A stretch of 64,000 bases of DNA. It comes from Mycobacteriales bacterium. GTDB lineage: Bacteria > Actinomycetota > Actinomycetes > Mycobacteriales > QHCE01. Where the stretch lies: the NCBI GenBank assembly GCA_038260095.1, contig JBBSOC010000003.1:3518-67517 (forward strand). The letters are read 5' to 3'. A model generated the notes under the pieces. It ran no database searches, was not told where the DNA came from, and was given only the letters and a program-made list of their open reading frames with translations. The position numbers were made by a program, and so were the translations under genes. Below, piece by piece: positions 21,110 to 28,921 of the stretch (position 1 is the stretch's first letter; every line of letters starts with the position of its first letter).

Positions 21110-22644
21110 GCAACCTCTCCGCTAGCTTGGTGAATCCGCTCCGGGATCCGGCGGACCGTCGACTCCCCCGGGTTCCTGGGCCCTGCGCACTAGTGATGTT
21201 CGGTGTTACTGGTGACCTAGCGCAACGCAAACTGATTCCGGCCGTGTATGACTTAGCTCACCGCGGACTGCTGCCGCCTAGCTTTGTCATGGTGGGCTTT
21301 GCCCGTCGAGACTGGGGTGAGGGTGAGTTCATCGAACTCGCTCGAAAGGCTGCGCAGGCAGGTGCGCGTACTCCATGGAGCGATCAAGTATGGCAGCGGC
21401 TTGCCGACGCCACCCGATTTGTCGGTGGCTCATTTGACGATGACTCTGCGTTTGACACACTCGCCTCCACACTCGATGCGCTGCGGCACAGCCATGGCAT
21501 TCCTGGAAACGCCGCGTTTTATCTCGCGATTCCGCCCGAGGCATTTCCGACAGTGCTGCGACAGCTGGAGCGCACCAAGATCGCCAGTAATGATGAGGCC
21601 GGCGGCTGGCGTCGAGTTGTGGTGGAGAAACCGTTTGGCACAGATGCCGAAAGTGCCCATACGCTAAATGCGCTGGTAGATGATGTATTCACCCCCCAGG
21701 ACGTGTTCCGGATCGACCATTACTTGGGTAAAGAGAGCGTGCAGAATCTGCTCGCACTGCGGTTTGCCAACACGTTGTTCGAACCGGTATGGAACTCGCA
21801 TTACGTTGATTCAGTACAGATAACCATGGCCGAAGACCTCGGGATCGGTAGCCGCGCGGGATTTTATGACCGCGCCGGGGCCACTCGCGATGTGTTGCAA
21901 AACCATCTTCTTCAGCTGTTGGCACTGACCGCGATGGAGGAACCGGTGAGCTTCTCCGCGGAGGCGATCCGCATTGAGAAGCTGAAGGTGCTGCGAGCCA
22001 TCAGCCTGCCAGAGGATCTAGCCAGCGGCACGGTGCGCGGCCAGTACGAGCGAGGTTGGTGCTTAGGCGAGCGGGTGCTGGGTTACCTCGACGAAAAGGG
22101 TGTACCGGCAGACTCGACCACCGAGACGTATGTGGCAGTTGAGCTGGGTATCCAGACACGACGTTGGGCCGGCGTGCCCTTTTACCTGCGAACAGGCAAG
22201 CGCCTTCCTCATCGGGTCACCGAGATCGCGGTGTCGTTTGCCAAAGCGCCGCATCTACCGTTCAGTCAGACCGACACCGAACAGTTGGGCCGCAACCAAC
22301 TAGTGGTTCGGGTGCAGCCCGACGAGGGAATGACGCTGAAGTTCGGTTCCAAGGTGCCTGGCAGTCAGATGGAGGTGCGCGACGTCGCGATGGACTTCCA
22401 CTACGGCGAAGTGTTCACCCAATCCTCACCGGAGGCATATGAACGGCTGGTGCTGGACGTACTGCTCGGCGATTCAACGCTGTTTCCTACCGCCGAGGAG
22501 GTCAATGCGAGTTGGTGCGTCGTAGATCCGCTGGAACAGCACTGGCAGGAAAGCTCGCCCAAAAAATATCGGGCTGGATCATGGGGGCCACAACAAGCTG
22601 ATGAGTTACTGGAGCGAACGGGACGGACGTGGCGGCGTCCATGA
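21106..22644 (+). CDS. zwf: Glucose-6-phosphate 1-dehydrogenase
   Basis: FGVTGDLAQRKL, RIDHYLGKE and DVLQNHLLQ. The start overlaps the pgi stop (GTGA). Confidence 0.95.
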   Translation: MSNLSASLVNPLRDPADRRLPRVPGPCALVMFGVTGDLAQRKLIPAVYDLAHRGLLPPSFVMVGFARRDWGEGEFIELARKAAQAGARTPWSDQVWQRLADATRFVGGSFDDDSAFDTLASTLDALRHSHGIPGNAAFYLAIPPEAFPTVLRQLERTKIASNDEAGGWRRVVVEKPFGTDAESAHTLNALVDDVFTPQDVFRIDHYLGKESVQNLLALRFANTLFEPVWNSHYVDSVQITMAEDLGIGSRAGFYDRAGATRDVLQNHLLQLLALTAMEEPVSFSAEAIRIEKLKVLRAISLPEDLASGTVRGQYERGWCLGERVLGYLDEKGVPADSTTETYVAVELGIQTRRWAGVPFYLRTGKRLPHRVTEIAVSFAKAPHLPFSQTDTEQLGRNQLVVRVQPDEGMTLKFGSKVPGSQMEVRDVAMDFHYGEVFTQSSPEAYERLVLDVLLGDSTLFPTAEEVNASWCVVDPLEQHWQESSPKKYRAGSWGPQQADELLERTGRTWRRP

Positions 22645-22675
22645 CGAATCAGATGATCTTCAGAGTCCGATATCC

Positions 22676-23665
22676 ATGACCGTACTCACTGACACTTCCG
22701 GTAAGGAAGTATTGGCCGCACTTAGCGCGGCACGCACGAGTAGAGGCGGCGGCGCGTCTGGACTTGCGTTAACGCTGGTTGTCGTCGCCGAAACCGATGC
22801 GGTTGACAGCGCCACGAGCTCGGCTTGTGTGGCCGCACAGGCACATCCGTGCAGGCTCATTATGGTCACTCGCGAATCTCCGACTGATGCCAACTATCGA
22901 TTAGACGCTGAGATCTGTGTCGACGGTCGGCTCGGCACCGGAGAAACAGTGATTCTGCGAATGCACGGTCGACTTGCCTTACACGCCGAGTCGATCACGC
23001 TGCCGCTGCTCGCGCCGGATGTTCCCGTGGTGGCTTGGTGGCAAGGGGTACCACCGGAGAAGATCGCCCGTGACCCGCTTGGGGTATTCGCCGACCGACG
23101 TGTCACCGACTGCTCGCAGCACCCCGATCCGCTGACAGCTCTGCACCAACGCGCGCAGGATTATCGTCCCGGCGACACCGATATAACGTGGACACGAACC
23201 ACGTCATGGCGGTCGCTACTGGCCGATGCCTTCGACACGATCGACGCGCAACCCGCCTCGATCGAGGTTCACGCGCCGGTCGGTAACGCTAGCGCCGCAT
23301 TGCTAGCGGGATGGCTGCAAAGCCGGCTGGGGGTCGTGGTGCGGTGTGGTCTGCCAGCCGATGATGAACCGGAGATCAGCGGAGTCACCGTGACGCTCCA
23401 CGACGGCTCAACACTGACCCTCAAGCGCGAATCACCAAACTCGGTTGTCGTCCAGCAGACAGGTGGCGCGGCACAGCAGCTACCGCTGGACCAACCCAGC
23501 GTCTGCGACGCTCTCGCCGAGGAACTGCGCCACCTTGACCCAGACCAGCCGTACGCGGCCGCGCTGCAAACAGCTACCGGCGTAGCGGTGGCCGGCGCTG
23601 ACTACAGCGCCGCGGCCCGGATACATGAGTGGCACGATCCCGAGTTATCGGCGCCGGCTTCATGA
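22676..23665 (+). CDS. opcA: Glucose-6-phosphate dehydrogenase assembly protein OpcA
   Basis: Position after zwf and general OpcA-like sequence (PDVPVVAWW). The start is uncertain; the track ORF begins at 22601, inside zwf. Confidence 0.85.
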   Translation: MTVLTDTSGKEVLAALSAARTSRGGGASGLALTLVVVAETDAVDSATSSACVAAQAHPCRLIMVTRESPTDANYRLDAEICVDGRLGTGETVILRMHGRLALHAESITLPLLAPDVPVVAWWQGVPPEKIARDPLGVFADRRVTDCSQHPDPLTALHQRAQDYRPGDTDITWTRTTSWRSLLADAFDTIDAQPASIEVHAPVGNASAALLAGWLQSRLGVVVRCGLPADDEPEISGVTVTLHDGSTLTLKRESPNSVVVQQTGGAAQQLPLDQPSVCDALAEELRHLDPDQPYAAALQTATGVAVAGADYSAAARIHEWHDPELSAPAS

Positions 23666-23700
23666 GTGCGGTGTCGTCATGAGTGCGGTGTCGTCATGAG
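23660..23700 (+). repeat. 17-bp tandem duplication at the opcA stop / pgl start
   Basis: TCATGAGTGCGGTGTCG occurs at 23660-23676 and 23677-23693, then TCATGAG again at 23694. Confidence 0.9.
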
Positions 23701-24490
23701 CGGCACCCACGTCGTAGTCCATCCGGACGGGCAGCTGTTGGCCGAAGCCGCGGCCGCACGGCTGCTGGCACGTCTAGCTGACGTACAAGCCGCACGCGGC
23801 GTAGCTAGCCTGGTATTAGCCGGGGGCGGCGTCGTTATTCAGAGCTTGGCGGCGATGAAAGCTAGCCCCGCTCGGGATGCGGTGGACTGGAGCCGCGTTG
23901 ACGTGTGGTGGAGTGACGAACGTTTTCTCGTCTCCGGTGATCCGCAGCGGAACGAGACCCAAGCTCGACGCGCACTGCTAGACGCAGTCGCACTCAACCC
24001 CGACCGAATACATCCGATGCCAGCTGCCGTGTCCAGCATGCCCGGCGCTCAGGGCACAGCACTCCATAACAGCTCGGCCGACGACGGTTCCGCCGCTTAC
24101 CGCGACGAGCTGGCCCAACAAGCATCGCCTGGCAAACAACTTCCACAGTTCGATGTCTTGCTGTTAGGAGTCGGTCCCGAGGGACACACCGCTTCGATCT
24201 TCCCCGAATCACCGGCGGTGCACGAACAGCGGCCAGTTGTCGCGGTACACGGCTGCCCCAAGCCGCCGCCGACTCGGATCACGATGACGCTGCCGGCGAT
24301 TCGAAGTGCGGAAGAAGTATGGCTGTTCGCCGCCGGAGAGTCCAAGGCTGCCGCGGTTGGAATGGCGCTGAGCGGGGCGGGCGAAGCGCAGATACCAGCG
24401 GCAGGGGCGCGCGGCCAACTGCGGACGTTATGGCTACTGGATCGAGCCGCGGCCGCCGAAGTTCCAGCCCAACTACGCACCCCGTGGTAA
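23696..24490 (+). CDS. pgl: 6-phosphogluconolactonase
   Basis: VLAGGG, WWSDERF and LLGVGPEGHTASIFP. An alternative in-frame GTG lies at 23666. Confidence 0.9.
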   Translation: MSGTHVVVHPDGQLLAEAAAARLLARLADVQAARGVASLVLAGGGVVIQSLAAMKASPARDAVDWSRVDVWWSDERFLVSGDPQRNETQARRALLDAVALNPDRIHPMPAAVSSMPGAQGTALHNSSADDGSAAYRDELAQQASPGKQLPQFDVLLLGVGPEGHTASIFPESPAVHEQRPVVAVHGCPKPPPTRITMTLPAIRSAEEVWLFAAGESKAAAVGMALSGAGEAQIPAAGARGQLRTLWLLDRAAAAEVPAQLRTPW

Positions 24491-24800
24491 CGCTGGCCGT
24501 GGCAGCAAGCTAACGCCTTGCGGGGCGCTCACAATTCCACAGTCGGATCGTCCATGCCACACTAGGAATTCACTCCAGGCAAAGAAGGTGCTCTTGTCCG
24601 CGGAGAAGATGCACGCCGACGAGGTGGCCGTACTACCAGAACACCAACCCTGCGAGCGCGATGAGTGCCAGGCACGTAATTGATGAAGTCCTCGCCGAGC
24701 ACCAGCACACCGCATGAAACGGATCCACCGCTTGGTAAGGGTTGGCTGGCCACGTTCGCAGGTGTTTGACTTGTTCTACTGCAAAATCAGGCTTTCTTGG

Positions 24801-24928
24801 TTACGAGGTGGTGCACGATAAAAATTTTTGCACAAGTTCTCTTAACTTGGCAAAAACACGCTGCCGCTGAACTCGTCGTTTCATCGACGATGATGGCAGT
24901 AGCTTGCAATCGTGCACCATGTCGTTAG
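24801..24928. repeat. 128-bp self-complementary element, copy A
   Basis: Differs from 26595-26722 at only 3 positions. Contains nested inverted repeats GGTGCACGAT/ATCGTGCACC, TTTTTGCACAAGTT/AACTTGGCAAAAA, CTGCC/GGCAG and TCGTCG/CGACGA. Confidence 0.9.
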
Positions 24929-24991
24929 GCAATCCGGGTTGATGTCCCTGACAAGGTGAATCATCGGCGTTCAATGAGATCGGAGATGAGC

Positions 24992-25558
24992 ATGGGTAGA
25001 GTCATTGTGACGGAGTTTGTTTCCCTCGACGGGGTCATGGAGGCTCCCGGTGGCGAGCCGGGATACGCACATTCGGGATGGACGATCCCCTACCACGATC
25101 CCGAGCAAATGAAGTACAAGCTAGACGAGACCCAGGCAGCACAAGTGCTGCTGCTAGGGCGAAAGACCTATCAGGGGTTCGCCGAGGCATGGCCCGAACA
25201 CGACGACGAGGCTGGATTCGCCCAGAAGATGAACACAATGCCGAAGTTCGTCGTCACCACTACCTTGACCGACCTCGAGTGGCAGAACTCGACTGTGCTC
25301 CCGGGTCCGATCCAGACTTCGATACCTCGGCTGCGGGAGGAGATCGACGGGGAAATCCTGGTCCACGGTAGCCGGACACTGGTGCACTCATTGCTCCGGA
25401 ACGGACTCATCGACGAGTTGCGGCTGATGATCTTTCCCGTAATCCTCGGCTCAGGTGCTCGGATCTTCCCGGACTCACCGGATGCGATCGCCCTCGAACT
25501 GGTCGATCACCGTCGATACGCCTCAGGCGTCGCGGTGCTCACCTATCACCCGCGATGA
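24992..25558 (+). CDS. Dihydrofolate reductase family protein (RibD C-terminal domain type)
   Basis: MGRVIVTEFVSLDGVMEAPGG ... LLLGRKTYQGFAEAWP ... ILVHGSRTL ... DELRLMIFPVILGSG. GGAGA sits 7 nt before the ATG at 24992. Confidence 0.8.
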   Translation: MGRVIVTEFVSLDGVMEAPGGEPGYAHSGWTIPYHDPEQMKYKLDETQAAQVLLLGRKTYQGFAEAWPEHDDEAGFAQKMNTMPKFVVTTTLTDLEWQNSTVLPGPIQTSIPRLREEIDGEILVHGSRTLVHSLLRNGLIDELRLMIFPVILGSGARIFPDSPDAIALELVDHRRYASGVAVLTYHPR

Positions 25559-25642
25559 CCTGTCGCTCGCCCCGCGGAGTGCTAGCGTGGTTGAAATCTT
25601 AACTGTAGATACCGAGCCGGAAGGCTCCGTAAGGAAAATGCT

Positions 25643-26275
25643 ATGCCGGACGGACCAGACGACAAAGAGTGGGTCCGTAAGTTTGTTTGTGACCTTTGGG
25701 GGCCAGAGGTCACAAACAGTTTCACCAACAATCAGCTCCCGCTCCTAAGATTCTATGACAGCGTTCGTGACGGTGACATACTTCGCGGCGACCGCGTGGG
25801 AGTTTGGCATGTCATCTATAACCGTTATAACGAGGATAAGGATAGGGCTCCGAATCCAATATGGGATGCGGCTGTATGCGTGAGCGGACGACGCAGCTGC
25901 GCCGTAGTATTTCCAGACCTTGTAGGTTCCACCCTTACTGTGGATGATGTCGGCTGCCAGGTTTACGTCCTAGGAAGGGTCCATAACAGCGAGATAAAGG
26001 CGACGGGCCGTGACTCGCAGGTCCATCTATTAGGACCGGTGAGCGGCACTTCTAGGATTCGGGTCGACCGTTACACCACCCTCCATGACAAGGAACCGGG
26101 CGTGATCTTCCGAGGCGAGCGAGAGCCAACGCCTGGCCATCTGCGGGAGCTTGTGCTGCCGCCCCTACGACCGCTTTTTTCAGCTGCCGATCTGCCCCCA
26201 AAACGGCCACGTTCGCCGTTACCCTCCGCGGCGTGGCGGCTGTTATCTGGAGGAAACCATGGGCGGCGCCGCTAA
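25643..26275 (+). CDS. Orphan hypothetical protein (210 aa)
   Basis: AAGGAAAA lies upstream of the ATG. No recognisable motif. The middle part looks beta-rich and repetitive, and the tail is Pro/Arg-rich. The region looks lower in GC than its surroundings. Confidence 0.55.
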   Translation: MPDGPDDKEWVRKFVCDLWGPEVTNSFTNNQLPLLRFYDSVRDGDILRGDRVGVWHVIYNRYNEDKDRAPNPIWDAAVCVSGRRSCAVVFPDLVGSTLTVDDVGCQVYVLGRVHNSEIKATGRDSQVHLLGPVSGTSRIRVDRYTTLHDKEPGVIFRGEREPTPGHLRELVLPPLRPLFSAADLPPKRPRSPLPSAAWRLLSGGNHGRRR

Positions 26276-26335
26276 GGAACGTGGCTTGTCCATTTCACGG
26301 GTTGAGCTGTGATGTCAGGTCGTTGCAGCGCTGGA

Positions 26336-26385
26336 GTTCCAACGCGCAGCTGCGCACTCCGCGGTAGCGCTGGCCGTGGCAGCAA
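26336..26385 (+). pseudogene. Relic of a second pgl 3' end
   Basis: GTTCCAACGCGCAGCTGCGCACTCCGCGGTAGCGCTGGCCGTGGCAGCAA aligns with 24461-24508, the real pgl end plus 18 nt. It translates ...NAQLRTPR* against PAQLRTPW* in pgl. Confidence 0.65.
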
Positions 26386-26594
26386 ACCCCGAACTAAGCC
26401 TTCTCAGGCTTTAGAAGCTGTCGGGAAATCTCGCGTACCTGCTGCACAGCGGCAGGTACTGGCATGGCGGCGTTTTCTGGTGGCGCCGATGGTGGTGTTG
26501 TGCCAGATGGCGACAGCCATGCTAGGAGTCGCTGGCCGATGCGGGCAATAGACTGGCGACCAGCGCTGTATACCTCTGTTTGTGGACGTTGCCC

Positions 26595-26722
26595 TTACGA
26601 GGTGGGGCACGATAAAAATTTTTGCACAAGTTCTCTTAACTTGGCAAAAACACGCTGCCGCTGAACTCGTCGTTTCATCGATGATGATGGCAGTAACTTG
26701 CAATCGTGCACCATGTCGTTAG
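26595..26722. repeat. 128-bp self-complementary element, copy B
   Basis: Same unit as 24801-24928. Its right end overlaps the abiEii stop codon (26719-26721). Confidence 0.9.
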
Positions 26723-27639
26723 ATCGAAAGTGCTGACCAACAGCGGCTTGTGGGATTCCAGGTTCCCGGATCAGCATGGCTCAATAGTGGAGTGACGAAC
26801 GCATCGGCTGCTACGGTTGCATCATGAAGCGTTTGACAACCCCGTAATCCGACTACATCTGCAGCCGCAGCGGGATAGTTCTGTCTCCAAGAAGAAAGGG
26901 CGGGAATCTCAAACCGCCTTGGCATTCGCAAATCGGTGCCGATACCGATTCGTCGTCTCTGCTCACTATTCAGGGCAACTTGTACAGCGCGACCAATGAT
27001 AGGTTCCTGTTGCGAGATCAGCAGTAGATCGGCCAGATCTCGGTATCGAGTAGACGGGCTGGCGCCGTAAGAACGCCAGTGCCACTCATACATTGCACAG
27101 ATCTTGTCAGCAAGGTGGTCCGGGAGCGGATATAGCAGTATCTTGGGCCAATCATTCGGCCAAGGCAGCGGTACAGTCGGTTCAAGCTGCACGGCCATGG
27201 GTTCCGCAGTCGGCATACGACGAACAACCAGGTCCACGTTGGCTGTGTCCATCTTCCGGTTCCCGAGTAGGACATCAAACGTCATCTGAGCGCAGTCGGC
27301 TTCATCTGCGTGACGCGCCGGCCGCGTCTCGGCGAACGCAAAGTAGTCGCCCAGATCTCTATAGGCTGCGCACCGGAGCGCGTCAATTGCCTCGTTCAGG
27401 TCGTTAAGTCCAGGCCTAATTAGGTCGATGTCTCGGCTATAGCGCGCCTCACCCGGATAGCGCACCAGCAGCGCCTGGCCACCTTTCAACATCCAGCCTG
27501 GTTCTTGAAAGACTCGGGCCAGTAAGCGTTGAAAGTAGAAGCGTCGCGTCACATCTTGGGTGCTTACCCCGAGCCGGCGAGCAACGTCTTGTGCCCGAGA
27601 CTTCAGCGCCGCTTCTAATGCCGATGGCGTCTCGTACAT
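26719..27639 (-). CDS. abiEii: AbiEii/AbiGii-family nucleotidyltransferase toxin (DUF1814)
   Basis: 306 aa. LKGGQALLVRYPGEARYSRDIDL matches the AbiEii NTase motif as I recall it. It follows an AbiEi-like gene. Confidence 0.85.
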   Translation of the reverse strand: MYETPSALEAALKSRAQDVARRLGVSTQDVTRRFYFQRLLARVFQEPGWMLKGGQALLVRYPGEARYSRDIDLIRPGLNDLNEAIDALRCAAYRDLGDYFAFAETRPARHADEADCAQMTFDVLLGNRKMDTANVDLVVRRMPTAEPMAVQLEPTVPLPWPNDWPKILLYPLPDHLADKICAMYEWHWRSYGASPSTRYRDLADLLLISQQEPIIGRAVQVALNSEQRRRIGIGTDLRMPRRFEIPALSSWRQNYPAAAADVVGLRGCQTLHDATVAADAFVTPLLSHADPGTWNPTSRCWSALSI

Positions 27640-27644
27640 GTTCG

Positions 27645-28661
27645 CTACTGACCAATCTTGTCTTCGGACCTGTTCCCCTGTGGCTGTTTTCCGGGCCTAA
27701 CCGCAATGGGCGCGATGCTGGGCATCGCTGAAGCTGCTATCCGCTGGATGTTAGAAACCATAAGTTGAGATCCAAGGTTGCGGGTTACTTCCGCAAGAGC
27801 TGGGATAAAAGCTAACTTCTGGATTGTTTCCATGGTGGAAGGGATAGTCACCGAGGCGCTGATTCTGCGGATTGCCTCAGTAAACGCGGGATCGTCGCCA
27901 ACAGAACGGAGAGCTTTAAGATCCGGGCTGTCTACTAGCGCGAGCCTGAAGCCCTCAATGAGTCCGGTGAGGGCGGCCATGCCGGTGCTCTCGCGAACAC
28001 TATCGCGCTCAAGCCGCCGACCGGCTTGCTCGACCAGGGCACTCAATAGCTCGTCTCCCGAGGCTCCAGCAAGCGCGTACTTGGGGGCGAACTTAGAAAT
28101 CTGCTCTGCTAGCGAATCTAGCTCTACTAGGTTTCGGCGCTCTGCGTCGGCGATGACGCCGCCGATATGCCCACCGTCAGCGCGAGTCTGCATCAAGTCC
28201 ACTACAGTCCGTGGCACCGTCGTGACCGGTATACCATCGATGATCGTCACATCCTCGGGGTCAAGCCGCCCAACATGTAGCCGGACCCCGAGTTCACGGG
28301 TCGTTCGCCGGCGTGGAACCGTCAACTCAGTTTCCGGGGCTGGAATGTCTCCCAACTCGTGCACTAAGCAGGCCGACCGATGCGAGACTACCCCATCATC
28401 GGCACCCAGCCCAGTCCGTTTCCACGCTGGTCGTTTCGGATCAAGACGCAGCCAGGCCACCCGGCTCTCCAGATGCGGGGGCGGTGACGCACCTGCTACT
28501 CGGTACACACCTCTGCCGACGTTCTGCAGTAGCTGCGCCTGGCATAGCCGCAGCTGAGTCACCCGGTCGACGCTATGAGCGGCAGCTTGCGCCGCCGTGA
28601 CTAGCCCGGCCTGATCCGCAGCCATTTCAGCTAACGCTCGGAATGCTTCATCTCGCTTCAT
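27645..28661 (-). CDS. abiEi: AbiEi-family antitoxin / transcriptional regulator
   Basis: 338 aa. The N-terminus has the winged-HTH pattern (QAGLVTAAQAAAHSVDRVTQLRLCQAQLLQNVGRGVYRV) typical of AbiEi. It sits 5 nt upstream of abiEii. Confidence 0.8.
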   Translation of the reverse strand: MKRDEAFRALAEMAADQAGLVTAAQAAAHSVDRVTQLRLCQAQLLQNVGRGVYRVAGASPPPHLESRVAWLRLDPKRPAWKRTGLGADDGVVSHRSACLVHELGDIPAPETELTVPRRRTTRELGVRLHVGRLDPEDVTIIDGIPVTTVPRTVVDLMQTRADGGHIGGVIADAERRNLVELDSLAEQISKFAPKYALAGASGDELLSALVEQAGRRLERDSVRESTGMAALTGLIEGFRLALVDSPDLKALRSVGDDPAFTEAIRRISASVTIPSTMETIQKLAFIPALAEVTRNLGSQLMVSNIQRIAASAMPSIAPIAVRPGKQPQGNRSEDKIGQ

Positions 28662-28681
28662 GCAGCAAGTATAACACTTAT

Positions 28682-28722
28682 TTACAGCAATAGTTACGGG
28701 CTAAATGAAACTATTGCTGTAA
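28682..28722. promoter_or_regulatory. Perfect 14-bp inverted repeat in the abiEi leader (candidate operator)
   Basis: TTACAGCAATAGTT (28682-28695), a 13-bp spacer, then AACTATTGCTGTAA (28709-28722). It lies 21-61 nt upstream of the abiEi ATG, and a TATACT box sits between it and the ATG. Confidence 0.5.
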
Positions 28723-28921
28723 GCAGTTTGGTTGGCTTCCTAGCATCAAATTCCGGTGACCAGCTTGCCATCCCCGAGGTTGTGGTAGGGATAGCCGAAC
28801 CTCTGCCGAGACGCAGAATACTAGAGTTATCAAGGACACTATATGGTGAATCCGGAGGACACCGGCCATGCAGCTATCAGACTTACAGGAAATAGGCCGA
28901 TTCGGGTCCTCAGGCTAAACG

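Noticed and set aside
357-23700. Short tandem repeats (15 bp in uvrC, 17 bp at opcA/pgl) as CRISPR-like arrays
   Set aside because: The units are directly adjacent with no spacers, there are only 2-3 copies, and both lie in or at coding sequence. They are not CRISPR.
24810-24918. The element as a MITE with 10-bp terminal inverted repeats (GGTGCACGAT / ATCGTGCACC)
   Set aside because: Both copies share identical flanks outside the inverted repeats (TTACGAGGT on the left, ATGTCGTTAG on the right). They therefore look co-duplicated with their context rather than independently transposed. No target-site duplication is evident.
24801-24928. The 128-bp element as a known riboswitch (THF, ZTP/pfl) controlling the downstream DHFR-family gene
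   Set aside because: I see none of the conserved cores I remember for those classes (for example the ZTP GGGUCGUGAC...CCGCCUGGGCA-type pseudoknot). The second copy has no + strand gene downstream. It is kept only as an unclassified structured element.
26309-26551. 80-aa + strand ORF between the orphan gene and element copy B
   Set aside because: It reads across the pgl 3' relic in the wrong frame and is Arg/Ala/Gly-rich. It is more likely noncoding spacer.
24801-26722. The element as a canonical integron attC site, or as a retron msr/msd
   Set aside because: The window contains no IntI-type integrase and no reverse transcriptase. The left end (TTGGTTAC / GCCCTTAC) is only a poor RYYYAAC inverse core. 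Only the GTTRRRY-like right end fits, so the attC-like idea is mentioned only as a low-probability reading.
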